DNA from: Acidobacteriota bacterium
GTDB lineage: Bacteria; Acidobacteriota; UBA890; WLXD01
DNA length: 64,000 nucleotides
Reading direction: 5' to 3'
Assembly (NCBI GenBank): GCA_965205505.1
Contig: CBDBHB010000008.1
Location: forward strand, 96,001-160,000
The notes below the pieces were generated by a model that did not search any database, was not told the DNA's origin, and saw only the letters and a list, made by a program, of their open reading frames with translations. The position numbers were made by a program, and so were the translations under genes. Positions within the stretch are counted from its first letter, which is position 1; each line of letters opens with the position of its first letter. This document shows positions 31,083 to 41,134 of the stretch, piece after piece.

Positions 31083-31287
31083 TCTCGAGCTCTCGTTTTC
31101 AGGGGTGGTTTCGCGTCGTCCGGAGCGGCAGACCCGAGCGCGTCCCGAGATCCGGAGCGTCGGGAGCGGATCGCGCCCTGCTCCGAGGTTACGCTATCGC
31201 CTGGCGCGAGTAACGTGCGCCTTAGCCCGCCAACCCGCACGTTGGCGGCCTTCGAGAGCCCCGTCATCGCGACCCCGCATATACGGG

Positions 31288-33300
31288 CTACATGCGCTCG
31301 GGGAGCGGAATCCCGAGCAGGTGGAGGATCGCGGACAATCGCTTCTGGAAGGCGTAGGCAACCAGAACGCGGAGCGCGCGGTCGTCCTCGTCGTTGGCCT
31401 GCAGGATCGGGTAGCCGTGGTAAAAGCGGCTGAAGTGCTGCGCCAGGGTAAAGGCGTAGCGCGCCAGGCTCGAGATCTCAAGCGAGCTCGCTGTCTGGCT
31501 CAACACCTCCCTGTAGCCGCCCAGGGCAAGCACCAGGCCCCAGAGCTGCCCGTCGTCCGCCTGTAGGCGTGCACCGATAGCGGCGCGATCGATGGGCAGC
31601 GCGCTCTCGTCGCCCCTCAACGCTGCTTCGAGTGCCTCGGACACGTCCGTACCCAGTCGCTCCGAGAGCTTGTCGAAGATTCGCGCCGCGCGCACCGCCG
31701 CATACTGGATATACGGCCCGGTCTCACCCTCGAAGTTCAGTGCCTCGTTGAGGTCAAAGACGATAACCGTGTTCCGCGCGTATCGGAGCAGTAAGTAACG
31801 GGCCGCCCCGATGGCAATCTGGGCGCCGAGAGCTGCCTGCGCATCCGGCGCGAGGTGCTCGTTGCGGCTAGCCACCTCCGCGGTAGCGCGACGCACCAGC
31901 CCATCGAGCAGATCGTCCGCCTTGACCCCGTATCCGCGCCGACCGGACATCTCGATGAATTGCCGATCTTCGCCGCCCGCTCCGGGCTCAGGCGCTACGA
32001 TCGGAATACCGAGCGCTTTGGCCGTTCGCGGCGATAGTGCCACCATCTCGTAGTCGAAGTGCGTGAAGCTATCGCCGGCCGCATCCTCGCCGATCAGATA
32101 GAAGGCCTGCTCGACGATCGACTGCAGGTACGATTGCCGAACGTCGATGACCGAGATGGCCCGGTCGGCGCGACCGAATCGCGCCTCCAGCCCCGCGTCC
32201 GACGTCGTGCGCCACACTCGGTCGCCGTCGCGCTTAGGGCGGCTTCCGGGCACGATCTCGTAGTTGAAGTCTCGTTCCAGCAGCCCGTACTTCCAGAAGT
32301 GGTGGGCGATGTCCTTGGCCACGTACGTGGCCGTGCCGTTGGAGCGCACCAGAACCTTGTCGGCCTCCTCGAGCTGCTCGAAGCCCTCCGTGCCGCTCAG
32401 ACGGATCACCCAGCAGCCGGCGTGCTTACCCTCCTCTACGTAGACAACTTGAGGGCTCGACTTGAGGCGCTCGAACGCCTCCGACCATAGATCGAGCTCC
32501 AGGATGTCGCCCTCCTTTACCAACAGGTCGTACTCGATCCCCAGTCGCCCCATGGTGAGCAGGTGGCGCGTGACGACGCGCTCCGAGACTACGCGACCCA
32601 TCTCGGCCTCGACGCTGTCGCCCTCCTCCAGCGCCAGCAGTACCTCGCGGCGTCTCTCGGCTAGCCCTTCGTCTTCCTGCAGGCGAGCGCTCACCTCCGT
32701 ATACAGGTCCCAGCAGAGGTAGTCGAAGGGCTCGGGAAGCTCACGGACCTCATCGGGTGACAAGCCACGCACGTCGAGGAAACCGATCACGACGTCGGCA
32801 ACCTGCACGCCCGTATCGTCGATGTAGTTGTGGACCTCGATGGGGTGTCCGACCGCCGCGCAGATCTTCGCCAGCGTGTCGCCCATACACGCGTTCCGGA
32901 GGTGTCCGACGTGCGCCGCCTTGTTGGGGTTGACGCTGGTGTGCTCGATCAAGACCTTCTCGCGACGCGCCTCCGGCACATCGCTGCCGAGGCCGTCGAT
33001 GAGTGTTAGGAGGGCAGCCCCACGATCGAAGCGGGCATTGAGAAATCCGGGCCCGGCGATGCTCCATGACAACACACCGGCAACGGCAGTCGCCTCCAGG
33101 CGCTCGACGAGTTGTTGCGCTAGCTCGCGTGGGTTGCGGCCCAGCTTCTTGGACAGCTGCAGAGCGATGGCACACGCCAGGTCGCCTACCTCGGGCCGAG
33201 GCGGATCCTCGACCACCGGCAGCTCGATCTGCTCACCGGTAACATCGGCCACCGCAACACGGATCGCCTCCGCGACGCGTGATCTCAATATCTGCAGCAA
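31288..33300 (-). CDS. argS: Arginine--tRNA ligase
   Basis: EHTSVNPNKAAHVGHLRN, RSNGTATY, MSGRRG, GPYIQYA; TTG start at 33300 assumed. Confidence 0.95.
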   Translation of the reverse strand: MLQILRSRVAEAIRVAVADVTGEQIELPVVEDPPRPEVGDLACAIALQLSKKLGRNPRELAQQLVERLEATAVAGVLSWSIAGPGFLNARFDRGAALLTLIDGLGSDVPEARREKVLIEHTSVNPNKAAHVGHLRNACMGDTLAKICAAVGHPIEVHNYIDDTGVQVADVVIGFLDVRGLSPDEVRELPEPFDYLCWDLYTEVSARLQEDEGLAERRREVLLALEEGDSVEAEMGRVVSERVVTRHLLTMGRLGIEYDLLVKEGDILELDLWSEAFERLKSSPQVVYVEEGKHAGCWVIRLSGTEGFEQLEEADKVLVRSNGTATYVAKDIAHHFWKYGLLERDFNYEIVPGSRPKRDGDRVWRTTSDAGLEARFGRADRAISVIDVRQSYLQSIVEQAFYLIGEDAAGDSFTHFDYEMVALSPRTAKALGIPIVAPEPGAGGEDRQFIEMSGRRGYGVKADDLLDGLVRRATAEVASRNEHLAPDAQAALGAQIAIGAARYLLLRYARNTVIVFDLNEALNFEGETGPYIQYAAVRAARIFDKLSERLGTDVSEALEAALRGDESALPIDRAAIGARLQADDGQLWGLVLALGGYREVLSQTASSLEISSLARYAFTLAQHFSRFYHGYPILQANDEDDRALRVLVAYAFQKRLSAILHLLGIPLPERM

Positions 33301-33354
33301 GCTCTCTCTCTCCCGATGCGCTGAGCGGTGGCTCCTCAGCGCCGTAACCACGGC

Positions 33355-33381
33355 CGCTACACCACCACCACGGCCGGCTAG
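33355..33381. repeat. Decayed terminal stub of family A
   Basis: CGCTACACCACCACCACGGCCGGCTAG resembles TIR CGCCACACTTCCACCACGGCCTGCTAG. Confidence 0.65.
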
Positions 33382-33492
33382 TGTCCTGAGTCAGTGATCC
33401 GTTGCGTATTGCTGGGTCGAGATGCGGCAAGCCTGGATCCGACTCGGTTGCGCTTGCCACGATACGCAACGAACCTCTGCTACAGCACACTA
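33379..33492. mobile_element. 114-bp MITE-like element (family B) bounded by TA
   Basis: Imperfect 31-bp TIRs TAGTGTCCTGAGTCAGTGATCCGTTGCGTAT and TAGTGTGCTGTAGCAGAGGTTCGTTGCGTAT (reverse complement); single copy in window. Confidence 0.7.
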
Positions 33493-34141
33493 AAAGGGTA
33501 GCGTCCCCTGCACCCGGAACGTGCGATTGCTGGGTCGAGATGGGGCAAGCCTGGATCCGATGCACCTCAGAAAACCCCCGGCTCATGATCGCAGCGCGAT
33601 GCTCAGCAGTGGCGTATCCCATGTTGCGAGTCAGCCCGTAACCACGAATGCTCTTGCCATACTGCCGGATAAGATCGTCACGCACACACTTGGCGACTAT
33701 GGATGCGGCGGCGATCGAGCAGCACCGCGCGTCGCCCTTGATGATCGGGGTTTGCGGAATATCGAGGGCGTCAAGCTCCATGGCGTCGATCAGCAGATGA
33801 TCGGGGCGCCTTCGCAGCCCACGTACTGCCCTCACCATGGCGAGCCGCGAAGCGCGCAGGATGTTGATCTGGTCGATCTCGGCCGCCGACGCCAAGCCTA
33901 TCGCCCAGTCAACCGCATGCTCCTGCAGTTGGATGAACAGCTCGAGCCGTTGGGCGGCACTAAGCTGCTTGGAGTCGTTCAGGCCGGCCACCGGGCCTTC
34001 CGGATCCAGTACCACCGCGGCAGCCAGCACAGGGCCGAACAGGGCACCGCGACCTACCTCGTCGATCCCCGCGACGTGTTCCGCCCCGCGTCGCTGTAGG
34101 TCCGCTTCGAACGGCTCCATCGCCACAACCTGTTGCGGCAT
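33490..34141 (-). CDS. rnhB: Ribonuclease HII with a 31-nt insertion near its 3' end
   Basis: AGIDEVGRG, DSKQL, IKGD, SIAAASIVAK; removing 33526-33556 restores HRRTFRVQGTLPF-TAG. Confidence 0.9.
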
Positions 34142-34145
34142 GGGC

Positions 34146-34499
34146 TCAGCGGATACGCTTTTCCTTGATCCGAGTCGCCTTGCCACGCAGCTCGCGGAGG
34201 TAGTAGAGCTTGGCACGACGCACCTTGCCCAACCGAACCACCTCGATCTTCTCGACGTTCGGCGAGTGCAGCGGAAAGATGCGCTCGACGCCGATACCCG
34301 AGGAGATCTTGCGCACGGTAAAGGTGGCGTTCGTGCGGCTACCGCGGCGGCCGATCACCACCCCTTCGAATACCTGGATTCGTTGCTTGTTCCCCTCGAT
34401 CACACGCAAGTGCACCTTGACCGTGTCGCCAGCGGCGAACTCCGGCCGATCGTCGCGCATGTAGGGGGCATCGACGGCGTTCAGTAGTTCCATTGTCAT
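34146..34499 (-). CDS. rplS: 50S ribosomal protein L19
   Basis: [32 protein letters not shown]. Confidence 0.98.
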   Translation of the reverse strand: MTMELLNAVDAPYMRDDRPEFAAGDTVKVHLRVIEGNKQRIQVFEGVVIGRRGSRTNATFTVRKISSGIGVERIFPLHSPNVEKIEVVRLGKVRRAKLYYLRELRGKATRIKEKRIR

Positions 34500-34560
34500 C
34501 TGTCACCCGCTCCTGCGCCGGTCGGTCGAATGAAGGCCGCGCTGCCCGGCGCGTCGGGCG

Positions 34561-35349
34561 CTATTGTACCTCAGTAGGCTCTTTCTCGCGGTCGCTCTCG
34601 GCGCCGCGTAGCAGCGCATCGACGAAGCGCCGATCCTCGCCATCGAGCTCTATCCCGTCGAGCAGATCGGGCCGCTTCAACGCCGTGTTGCGGAGAGCCT
34701 CCCGGCGCCTCCAGCGCTCGACAGCGGCGTGATTTCCCGACCCCAGCACCTCGGGCACCCGCCGCCCGGCGTACTCCGCCGGTCGCGTGTAGTGCGGGTG
34801 ATCGAGAAGTCCATCAACGAACGAGTCGTGCCGTGCCGAGTCCGGATCGCCGAGCGCGCTCGGTATCAACCGTACGACGCACTCGATGAGCACCATAGCA
34901 GCCAGTTCCCCGCCGGTGAGCACATAGTCGCCAATCGATAGCTCGAGATCGACGCGATGCTGGCGTACACGCTCGTCGACCCCCTTGTAACGACCGCAGA
35001 CCAGAGTGAGCTGACGAGCCACTGCAAGCTCCTGCGCCAGACCGTGATCGAGCCGCCGTCCCTGTGGGGTGAGCAACGCCACCAGGCCCGGTTCGAGCTT
35101 GCTCGAACGAACGCTGGCGGCGACATGATCGAGGGCGCGGTAGAGCGGCTCCGGTTTGTAGACCATTCCGGCACCGCCACCGAACGGCTCGTCGTCGACC
35201 TGGCGATGCGGTGGGTCAGCGAAGTCGCGCAGGTCGTGGGCTTGGATCGAGAACAGGCCTCGATCGTTGGCCTTGCCGATGATCCCAGCAGCGAGCGGGC
35301 CCGGGAACATTTCCGGGAAAATCGTAATGATGTCGAACCGATGGCTCAT
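34561..35349 (-). CDS. trmD: tRNA (guanine37-N1)-methyltransferase
   Basis: VDDEPFGGGAGM, SIGDYVLTGGE, PHYTRP. Confidence 0.97.
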   Translation of the reverse strand: MSHRFDIITIFPEMFPGPLAAGIIGKANDRGLFSIQAHDLRDFADPPHRQVDDEPFGGGAGMVYKPEPLYRALDHVAASVRSSKLEPGLVALLTPQGRRLDHGLAQELAVARQLTLVCGRYKGVDERVRQHRVDLELSIGDYVLTGGELAAMVLIECVVRLIPSALGDPDSARHDSFVDGLLDHPHYTRPAEYAGRRVPEVLGSGNHAAVERWRRREALRNTALKRPDLLDGIELDGEDRRFVDALLRGAESDREKEPTEVQ

Positions 35350-35350
35350 C

Positions 35351-35878
35351 TCAGCCCTGACGCTTCGGGCCATTGGCCTCGAGCAGGCCGTCGGGCAGCC
35401 GCACGACGATATGTCGAGCAGCGGGATCGGTGCTGACGAGCCACTCCCTCACCATCGGAACGAGGACGGTTTCGCCGTCCCACGCCACCTCGAGCATGTC
35501 GTGAGTGCCCTCTATGACGGCCGTCACCCGTCCCGTGCCGCCGCCGACCGCATCCTCGACACGGTACCCAACCAGGTCGTCGACATACCACTCGCCGTCG
35601 GGCAGCTCGGCCAGCCGATCGCGTTTCACCTGCACGTCCGCCCCCCGGAGGCGCTCGGCGCCATCGCGATCGTCGCAGCCATCGAGCGTCACCAGCAAGC
35701 GGCCCTGGTGCGAGCGCACGGATCCGATTCGGTAGGGGTTCGGTCGCCCGACCCAGATCGGGATTGACGGCGAGAGCGAGCCCAACGTGTCGCCGAGAGG
35801 AGCGATCACGAGCTCACCCCGTATGCCGTGGGGCTTGACCACTCGCCCTACCCGAACAAGATCGGGCTCGCCGCCCAT
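35351..35878 (-). CDS. rimM: Ribosome maturation factor RimM
   Basis: VGRVVKPHGIRGE, Y.DDLVG; position between khpA and trmD. Confidence 0.93.
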   Translation of the reverse strand: MGGEPDLVRVGRVVKPHGIRGELVIAPLGDTLGSLSPSIPIWVGRPNPYRIGSVRSHQGRLLVTLDGCDDRDGAERLRGADVQVKRDRLAELPDGEWYVDDLVGYRVEDAVGGGTGRVTAVIEGTHDMLEVAWDGETVLVPMVREWLVSTDPAARHIVVRLPDGLLEANGPKRQG

Positions 35879-35883
35879 CGTGC

Positions 35884-36120
35884 CTATTCGAGGATCTCGA
35901 GCACTGCCCGCATCTCGTGCTTCATGCCAGCGGCAGCAAGCAGCGTGCGCATGGCACGTGCCGTGCGACCCTGTTTGCCGATTACCTTGCCGAGGTCGCC
36001 CTGCGCCACTCGGAGCTCCAGCACCGTCGTCTGCTCACCCTGGACCTCTGTGACGACTACGTCGTCCGGGTTGTCGACGAGGGCGCGTGCTACCTCTTCG
36101 ATCATCTGCTTGAGATTCAT
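35884..36120 (-). CDS. khpA: KH-domain RNA-binding protein
   Basis: [20 protein letters not shown]. Confidence 0.92.
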   Translation of the reverse strand: MNLKQMIEEVARALVDNPDDVVVTEVQGEQTTVLELRVAQGDLGKVIGKQGRTARAMRTLLAAAGMKHEMRAVLEILE

Positions 36121-36195
36121 CGATCGCACCTCTTCTTCAGCGTTGTCCGTCAGTTCGTGGTGGTGGCGATCAGGCCGCTGCGCCGGCTTTGGTAC

Positions 36196-36666
36196 TCAGC
36201 CCTCGTTCGGCTCTCCCTCATCCTCCTCATCCGCCGAGGCGTCGCCCTCTACCTCGCCTTCCGCCGCGTCCGCTGCCGGCTCGGCATCAGCTTCATCGGC
36301 CGCCTCCAGAGCAGCGGTGTCGCCCTCGGGGTCGGCGCTCACGTCAGCTGTCTCTACTTCTGCCGCCGCTTCGAGCTCCGCGTCGCTCGGAGCCGCGGGC
36401 GGGGGCGCCTCAGGCACCTCCTCCATGGGACCTCTTTTGGCGCGCCGGTAGAGACTGCGCACGGTGTCGCTCATGCGGGCACCTTGGCCAAGCCAAGTTT
36501 CAGTCCGTTCCATGTTGAAGAAGACTTCGGCCGGCCGCTGGCGCGGATGATAATGCCCCAGGATCTCCAAGAACGCGCCATCACGGCCCGCCGCTCGGTC
36601 GGCAACAACGACCCGATAGTGCGGATCCTTCTTGGCGCCCGTACGGCGCAAGCGAATCATCAGCAC
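36196..36666 (-). CDS. rpsP: 30S ribosomal protein S16 with acidic C-terminal extension
   Basis: IRLRRTGAKKDPHYRVVVAD..RDG. Confidence 0.96.
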   Translation of the reverse strand: MLMIRLRRTGAKKDPHYRVVVADRAAGRDGAFLEILGHYHPRQRPAEVFFNMERTETWLGQGARMSDTVRSLYRRAKRGPMEEVPEAPPPAAPSDAELEAAAEVETADVSADPEGDTAALEAADEADAEPAADAAEGEVEGDASADEEDEGEPNEG

Positions 36667-36715
36667 GATGTTCCTCCTCTCACAGGTTGTAGCCCGAGCC
36701 TACGCGATCTTCGGA

Positions 36716-38047
36716 TCACAGGCCCGGCAGGTTCGCCCAACGCATCCCGCCTCGACCCTTCTTGCCGAGCTTCTTCATCATCTTCTTCGTCTGGGCGAAT
36801 CGTTTGAGCAATCGATTGACGTCTGGTACGCCCCTACCGCTGCCTGCCGCTATCCTCAGCTTGCGGCTGCGGCTGATGATCTGCGGTCGCCTCCGCTCTT
36901 GCACGGTCATCGAATCGATGATCGCTTGGATCTTGCGCAGCTCGTCCTCGTCGGGTGCCATCTGCTTCAGGCCCGGTGTCGAGCTCGCCCCTGGAAGCAT
37001 CTCGAGCAGCTGCGACAACGGCCCCATCTTACGAATCTGAGAAAGTTGCTGCTGGAAGTCCTCGAGGTTGAGGTCGCCACGCCGGGCACGCTTCTCCATA
37101 TTCGCAGCCGCTTCGACGTCGACATTCTGCTGTACCTTCTCGATGAGCGTCAGCACGTCCCCCATACCGAGGATGCGCGAGGCTATGCGATCCGGGTGGA
37201 AGATCTCGAAGTCCTCGATCCCCTCGCCCATCCCGGCGAAAAAGATCGGCAACCCCGTGACCGCCACCACCGATAGAGAAACGCCTCCTCGCGCGTCGCC
37301 ATCGAGCTTGGTCAACACGTGGCCGTCGAGCTCCAGCGCCTTACCGAACGCCGTCGCAGCCTGGACGGCATCCTGGCCAGCCATCGCATCGGCGACATAG
37401 AGCACGCTCTCCGGGCTCACCGTGCGCGCAATGTCCTTGGCCTCCGACATCATCTCGGCATCGATGTGAAGGCGGCCGGCGGTATCCACCAGCAGAACGT
37501 CGTCGCCGCGGCGGCGCGCCGCCGCGAGCGCCGCTCCCGCCAGGTCGACTGCCGTCGATTCGTCCCCGTCGTAGACGTGCAAGCTGGCGCTCTCGCCAAG
37601 AATGCGCAGCTGGTCGCGCGCCGCTGGCCGATGCACATCGACGCTTACCAAGTGTGGCGATCGGCCTCTCGAGCGCAGCCAGTTCCCCAGCTTGGCGACC
37701 GTAGTCGTCTTACCCGTACCTTGCAGGCCAACAACCATGAGCACATGCGGCGTCGGGCCGTGCAATCGCAGCTGCTGCGGCGCCCCTCCGAGCAGCTCGA
37801 TGAGCTCCTCATGGACGATCTTTATCACCTGTTGGCCTGGCGACAGCGAGCCCGTCACCTCCTCGCCCAGCGCCTTGTCCTTGACGCGCGCCAGGAACTG
37901 GTTGACAACGCCGAAGTGGACGTCGGCCTCGAGCAGCGCCAGTCGGAGATCACGCGCTACCTCTGCGAAGCTCTCCTCATCGATCTTGACGGTGCCGCGG
38001 AGCTTGCGCAGTGTCCCCTGCAGGCGTTCAGTGAGCTGCTCGAACAT
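36716..38047 (-). CDS. ffh: Signal recognition particle protein
   Basis: ALLEADV, GLQGTGKTT, DTAGR, TKLDGDARGG, M domain. Confidence 0.97.
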   Translation of the reverse strand: MFEQLTERLQGTLRKLRGTVKIDEESFAEVARDLRLALLEADVHFGVVNQFLARVKDKALGEEVTGSLSPGQQVIKIVHEELIELLGGAPQQLRLHGPTPHVLMVVGLQGTGKTTTVAKLGNWLRSRGRSPHLVSVDVHRPAARDQLRILGESASLHVYDGDESTAVDLAGAALAAARRRGDDVLLVDTAGRLHIDAEMMSEAKDIARTVSPESVLYVADAMAGQDAVQAATAFGKALELDGHVLTKLDGDARGGVSLSVVAVTGLPIFFAGMGEGIEDFEIFHPDRIASRILGMGDVLTLIEKVQQNVDVEAAANMEKRARRGDLNLEDFQQQLSQIRKMGPLSQLLEMLPGASSTPGLKQMAPDEDELRKIQAIIDSMTVQERRRPQIISRSRKLRIAAGSGRGVPDVNRLLKRFAQTKKMMKKLGKKGRGGMRWANLPGL

Positions 38048-38068
38048 GCGTCTGTGGGTCTCCGAGTC

Positions 38069-39274
38069 TCAGACAGACTCGAGCCGGTGGCCGAGCTTGT
38101 CTTTCTTGGTCTTGAGATAACGGCGCGTCAGCTCAGAGCGCGGAGGGATCTCGATGGGTACCCGTTCAACGACTTCCAGGCCGTACCCCGACAGCCCCAC
38201 GAACTTTCGTGGGTTGTTGGTCATCACACGCAGCTTCGAAGCGCCTAGATCGGTCAGCATCTGAGCGCCAATGCCGTATTCGCGCTGATCCGGTTTGAAG
38301 CCAAGTGCTTCATTGGCCTCAACCGTATCGGCGCCTTCGTCCTGGAGCTCATAGGCCCGGAGCTTGTTGTGTAGCCCGATCCCGCGGCCTTCCTGGCGCA
38401 GGTAGATGACAATGCCCCGGCCCTCCTGAGCGATGAGTCGCATGGCGAAATCCAGTTGCTCACCGCAGTCGCACCGCACGGACCCGAACACATCTCCGGT
38501 CAGGCACTCGGAATGCACCCGGACCAGAACCGGCTCGGGAGTGCCTACGTCACCCATCACCAACGCCACGTGCTCCTTGCCATCAAGCTCGTTCTCGTAG
38601 GCGTAAATGCGAAAGTCGCCGTGCCGGGTGGGCAACTCCGGAGCCGCCACCCTCTTCACGAATCGCTCGGTCTGCAACCGATACTGAATAAGGTCAGCGA
38701 TGGCCACTACCTTGATGCCGTGTAACTCGGCGAAACGCTCGAGGTCGGGGACACGCGCCATGGTGCCGTCCTCGTTCATCACTTCGCAGATGACACCCGC
38801 CGGGTAGAGCCCAGCGATTCGCGCCAAGTCGACGGCGGCCTCGGTCTGGCCGGCGCGCTGCAGCACGCCGCCGTCCACGGCGCGCAGCGGAAACATATGA
38901 CCCGGGCGCGCCAAGTCATCCGACGTCGTGTCCGGCTGAATCGCAGTAAGCACGGTGGCGCTACGATCAGCGGCGGATATCCCCGTCGACACTCCGCGCC
39001 TCGCCTCGATCGACACGCAGAATGCCGTGTTAAAGCGCGAGGAGTTCTCCGACACCATGAGCGGGATCTCGAGCTCCGCGAGGCGCTGACGAGTCATAGG
39101 AAGGCAGATCAGCCCGCGACCATGCTTGGCCATGAAGTTGATCGCCTCCGGCGTGACCTTCTGAGCGGCGATGGTCAGATCGCCCTCATTCTCCCGATCC
39201 TCATCGTCGACGACGACCACCATGCGACCGGCACGGATGTCGGCGATCGCCTCTTCTATCTTCGCAAAGGGCAT
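38069..39274 (-). CDS. ribBA: Bifunctional DHBP synthase / GTP cyclohydrolase II
   Basis: [27 protein letters not shown]. Confidence 0.97.
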   Translation of the reverse strand: MPFAKIEEAIADIRAGRMVVVVDDEDRENEGDLTIAAQKVTPEAINFMAKHGRGLICLPMTRQRLAELEIPLMVSENSSRFNTAFCVSIEARRGVSTGISAADRSATVLTAIQPDTTSDDLARPGHMFPLRAVDGGVLQRAGQTEAAVDLARIAGLYPAGVICEVMNEDGTMARVPDLERFAELHGIKVVAIADLIQYRLQTERFVKRVAAPELPTRHGDFRIYAYENELDGKEHVALVMGDVGTPEPVLVRVHSECLTGDVFGSVRCDCGEQLDFAMRLIAQEGRGIVIYLRQEGRGIGLHNKLRAYELQDEGADTVEANEALGFKPDQREYGIGAQMLTDLGASKLRVMTNNPRKFVGLSGYGLEVVERVPIEIPPRSELTRRYLKTKKDKLGHRLESV

Positions 39275-39289
39275 GGTGGAGTCTTCCCG

Positions 39290-39928
39290 TCAGCCGGCAC
39301 CGGGGCCTTCAGGGCCCTCGGCAGTAAGGCCGACTTCGTGTTCATGGTTAAGCAGTTGGGCAACGTATTTTCCCAGGATGTCGACTTCGAGGTTGAGCGT
39401 CTCGCAGCGGTCCTCGGCGGTGAGGTTGGTCTGCTCGAGCGTATGCGGTACCAGTTGTACATCGAACGAGCGATCTTCGATGCTGGCAACGGTCAACGAT
39501 ACCCCGTTTACCGACACCGAGCCTTTCGGCACGAGGTAGGCGCGCAGCCCGACGGGGATTTCGAACGTAACGCGCAGAAAGTCCTCCTCCTCGAGCGTCC
39601 GCACGACGCGGGTCACACCATCGACGTGGCCCTGGACAAAGTGTCCGCCGAGACGCTGCCCCACGCACAACGGGCGTTCGAGATTCACGGCAGTTCCGAT
39701 CCGGTAGAGTGCTACGTTGCTGCGGGCGATCGTTTCGGGCGAGACATCCGCCGAGAAAGCGTCGCCATCGATATCGAGCGCCGTCAGGCACACGCCGTCG
39801 ACCGCGATGCTGTCTCCCTGCTCGAGCTCGGCGAGCACGCCCTTCGCCGCGATGCGAAGGCGCGAGCTTCGTGCGAGCGCGTCGACGCCAACCACGGCGC
39901 CGACCTCCTCGACCAGACCGGTGAACAT
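39290..39928 (-). CDS. ribE: Riboflavin synthase alpha chain
   Basis: MFTGLVEE start, GVCLT, GGHFVQGHVDG. Confidence 0.96.
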   Translation of the reverse strand: MFTGLVEEVGAVVGVDALARSSRLRIAAKGVLAELEQGDSIAVDGVCLTALDIDGDAFSADVSPETIARSNVALYRIGTAVNLERPLCVGQRLGGHFVQGHVDGVTRVVRTLEEEDFLRVTFEIPVGLRAYLVPKGSVSVNGVSLTVASIEDRSFDVQLVPHTLEQTNLTAEDRCETLNLEVDILGKYVAQLLNHEHEVGLTAEGPEGPGAG

Positions 39929-39987
39929 GACGATGAGGCTCCAAGCGCCGTGCAAGTCGCTGGCGCCGACGAAACGAAGGATGAGAT

Positions 39988-40001
39988 CCACGGCCTGCTA
40001 A
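39988..40001. repeat. Short terminal stub of family A at the ribD stop
   Basis: CCACGGCCTGCTA(A); reads TAG-CAGGCCGTGG on the minus strand. Confidence 0.6.
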
Positions 40002-41134
40002 GCAGGCGGTTCGGGGGGCTGGAGATACCCTTCTACGGCCCAATCGGGACCGAGCCGGTGCAGGCGAACTCGCTGCACCCGAGGCGCTGAGGCGAGCTCC
40101 GCGATGCCGTCGCCGCCCCAGAGCGGGAGCGCCTCTTGCCCGCCGATCAACAGCGGAGCGTAAAACAGCATCACCTTGTCGATTATACCAAGCTCGAAAG
40201 CGTTGGTTAGCAGGGCGCTACCGCCCTCCATCAACACCGACGCCACATCGAGCTCACCGAGTCGAGCCAGCATGTCATCGAGATCGACACGGCCGCTGGA
40301 TGTCGCCTGGGCGCCGACGACCTGAGCCCCGCTGGCCACCAGACGTCGGCGCAACTTGGCATCGCCCGCCGAGGTGGTAACCACCAGCGGCACGCCGGCT
40401 TTCTCCTGCAGGAGCCGTGCGTCGGGCGGCGTATCGAGCCGTCCATCTACGACGACACGATAGCGAGGCTGATGGGCGCCCGGCGCACGCGCGGTGAGTC
40501 GCGGATCGTCCGCGAGCAATGTCCCGATTCCGACGACGACGGCGTCAACAGTGCCGCGCACCTGGTGAGCGAAGTTCCGTGCCTCCTCGCCGGTGATCCA
40601 CTGGGAGCCTCTGCTGCTGGTGGCCATACGGCCGTCAAGCGACAAGGCCGCCTTGGCAATGACCAGAGGTCTACCGGTGCGCTTGAGCTTCAGGTAGCCG
40701 GCGTTGAGCTCGGCAGCCTCGGTCGCCAACGGCCCAATCAAGACCTCCACTCCAGCGCCCCGCAGCGCCTCGAAGCCGCGGCCGTCGACACGCTCGTCGG
40801 GATCGCCGTGCGATGCCACGACAGCGCGCACGCCGGCCGCAATGATCGCTTCTACGCACGGTGGGGTGCGCCCCTGGTGGCAGCAAGGTTCTACATTGGT
40901 GTACAGCGTCGCGCCGCGCGCCGCATTGCCGGCCTGTGCCAGGGCCACCTGCTCGGCGTGCGGATCGCCACTGCGCCGGTGATACCCGCGGCCGATGACC
41001 TCACCGTTGGTGACCAGCACGGCGCCTACGAGTGGATTCGAGCCAGTGTCGCCACGCGCTTTGACCGCCAGATCGAGACACTCCTGAATATGGATCAGGT
41101 GCATTTCGTCGTGGCTAGCCGGTCGATTGCTCAT
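39998..41134 (-). CDS. ribD: Riboflavin biosynthesis deaminase/reductase
   Basis: NPLVGAV, HAE, EPCCHQGRTPPC, SLDG, EGG. Confidence 0.97.
   Translation of the reverse strand: MSNRPASHDEMHLIHIQECLDLAVKARGDTGSNPLVGAVLVTNGEVIGRGYHRRSGDPHAEQVALAQAGNAARGATLYTNVEPCCHQGRTPPCVEAIIAAGVRAVVASHGDPDERVDGRGFEALRGAGVEVLIGPLATEAAELNAGYLKLKRTGRPLVIAKAALSLDGRMATSSRGSQWITGEEARNFAHQVRGTVDAVVVGIGTLLADDPRLTARAPGAHQPRYRVVVDGRLDTPPDARLLQEKAGVPLVVTTSAGDAKLRRRLVASGAQVVGAQATSSGRVDLDDMLARLGELDVASVLMEGGSALLTNAFELGIIDKVMLFYAPLLIGGQEALPLWGGDGIAELASAPRVQRVRLHRLGPDWAVEGYLQPPEPPA

Noticed and set aside
31083-31287. Possible ncRNA or repeat in the argS-cyclophilin gap
   Set aside because: Only short GGAGCG repeats and a weak hairpin; no second copy or recognisable motif.
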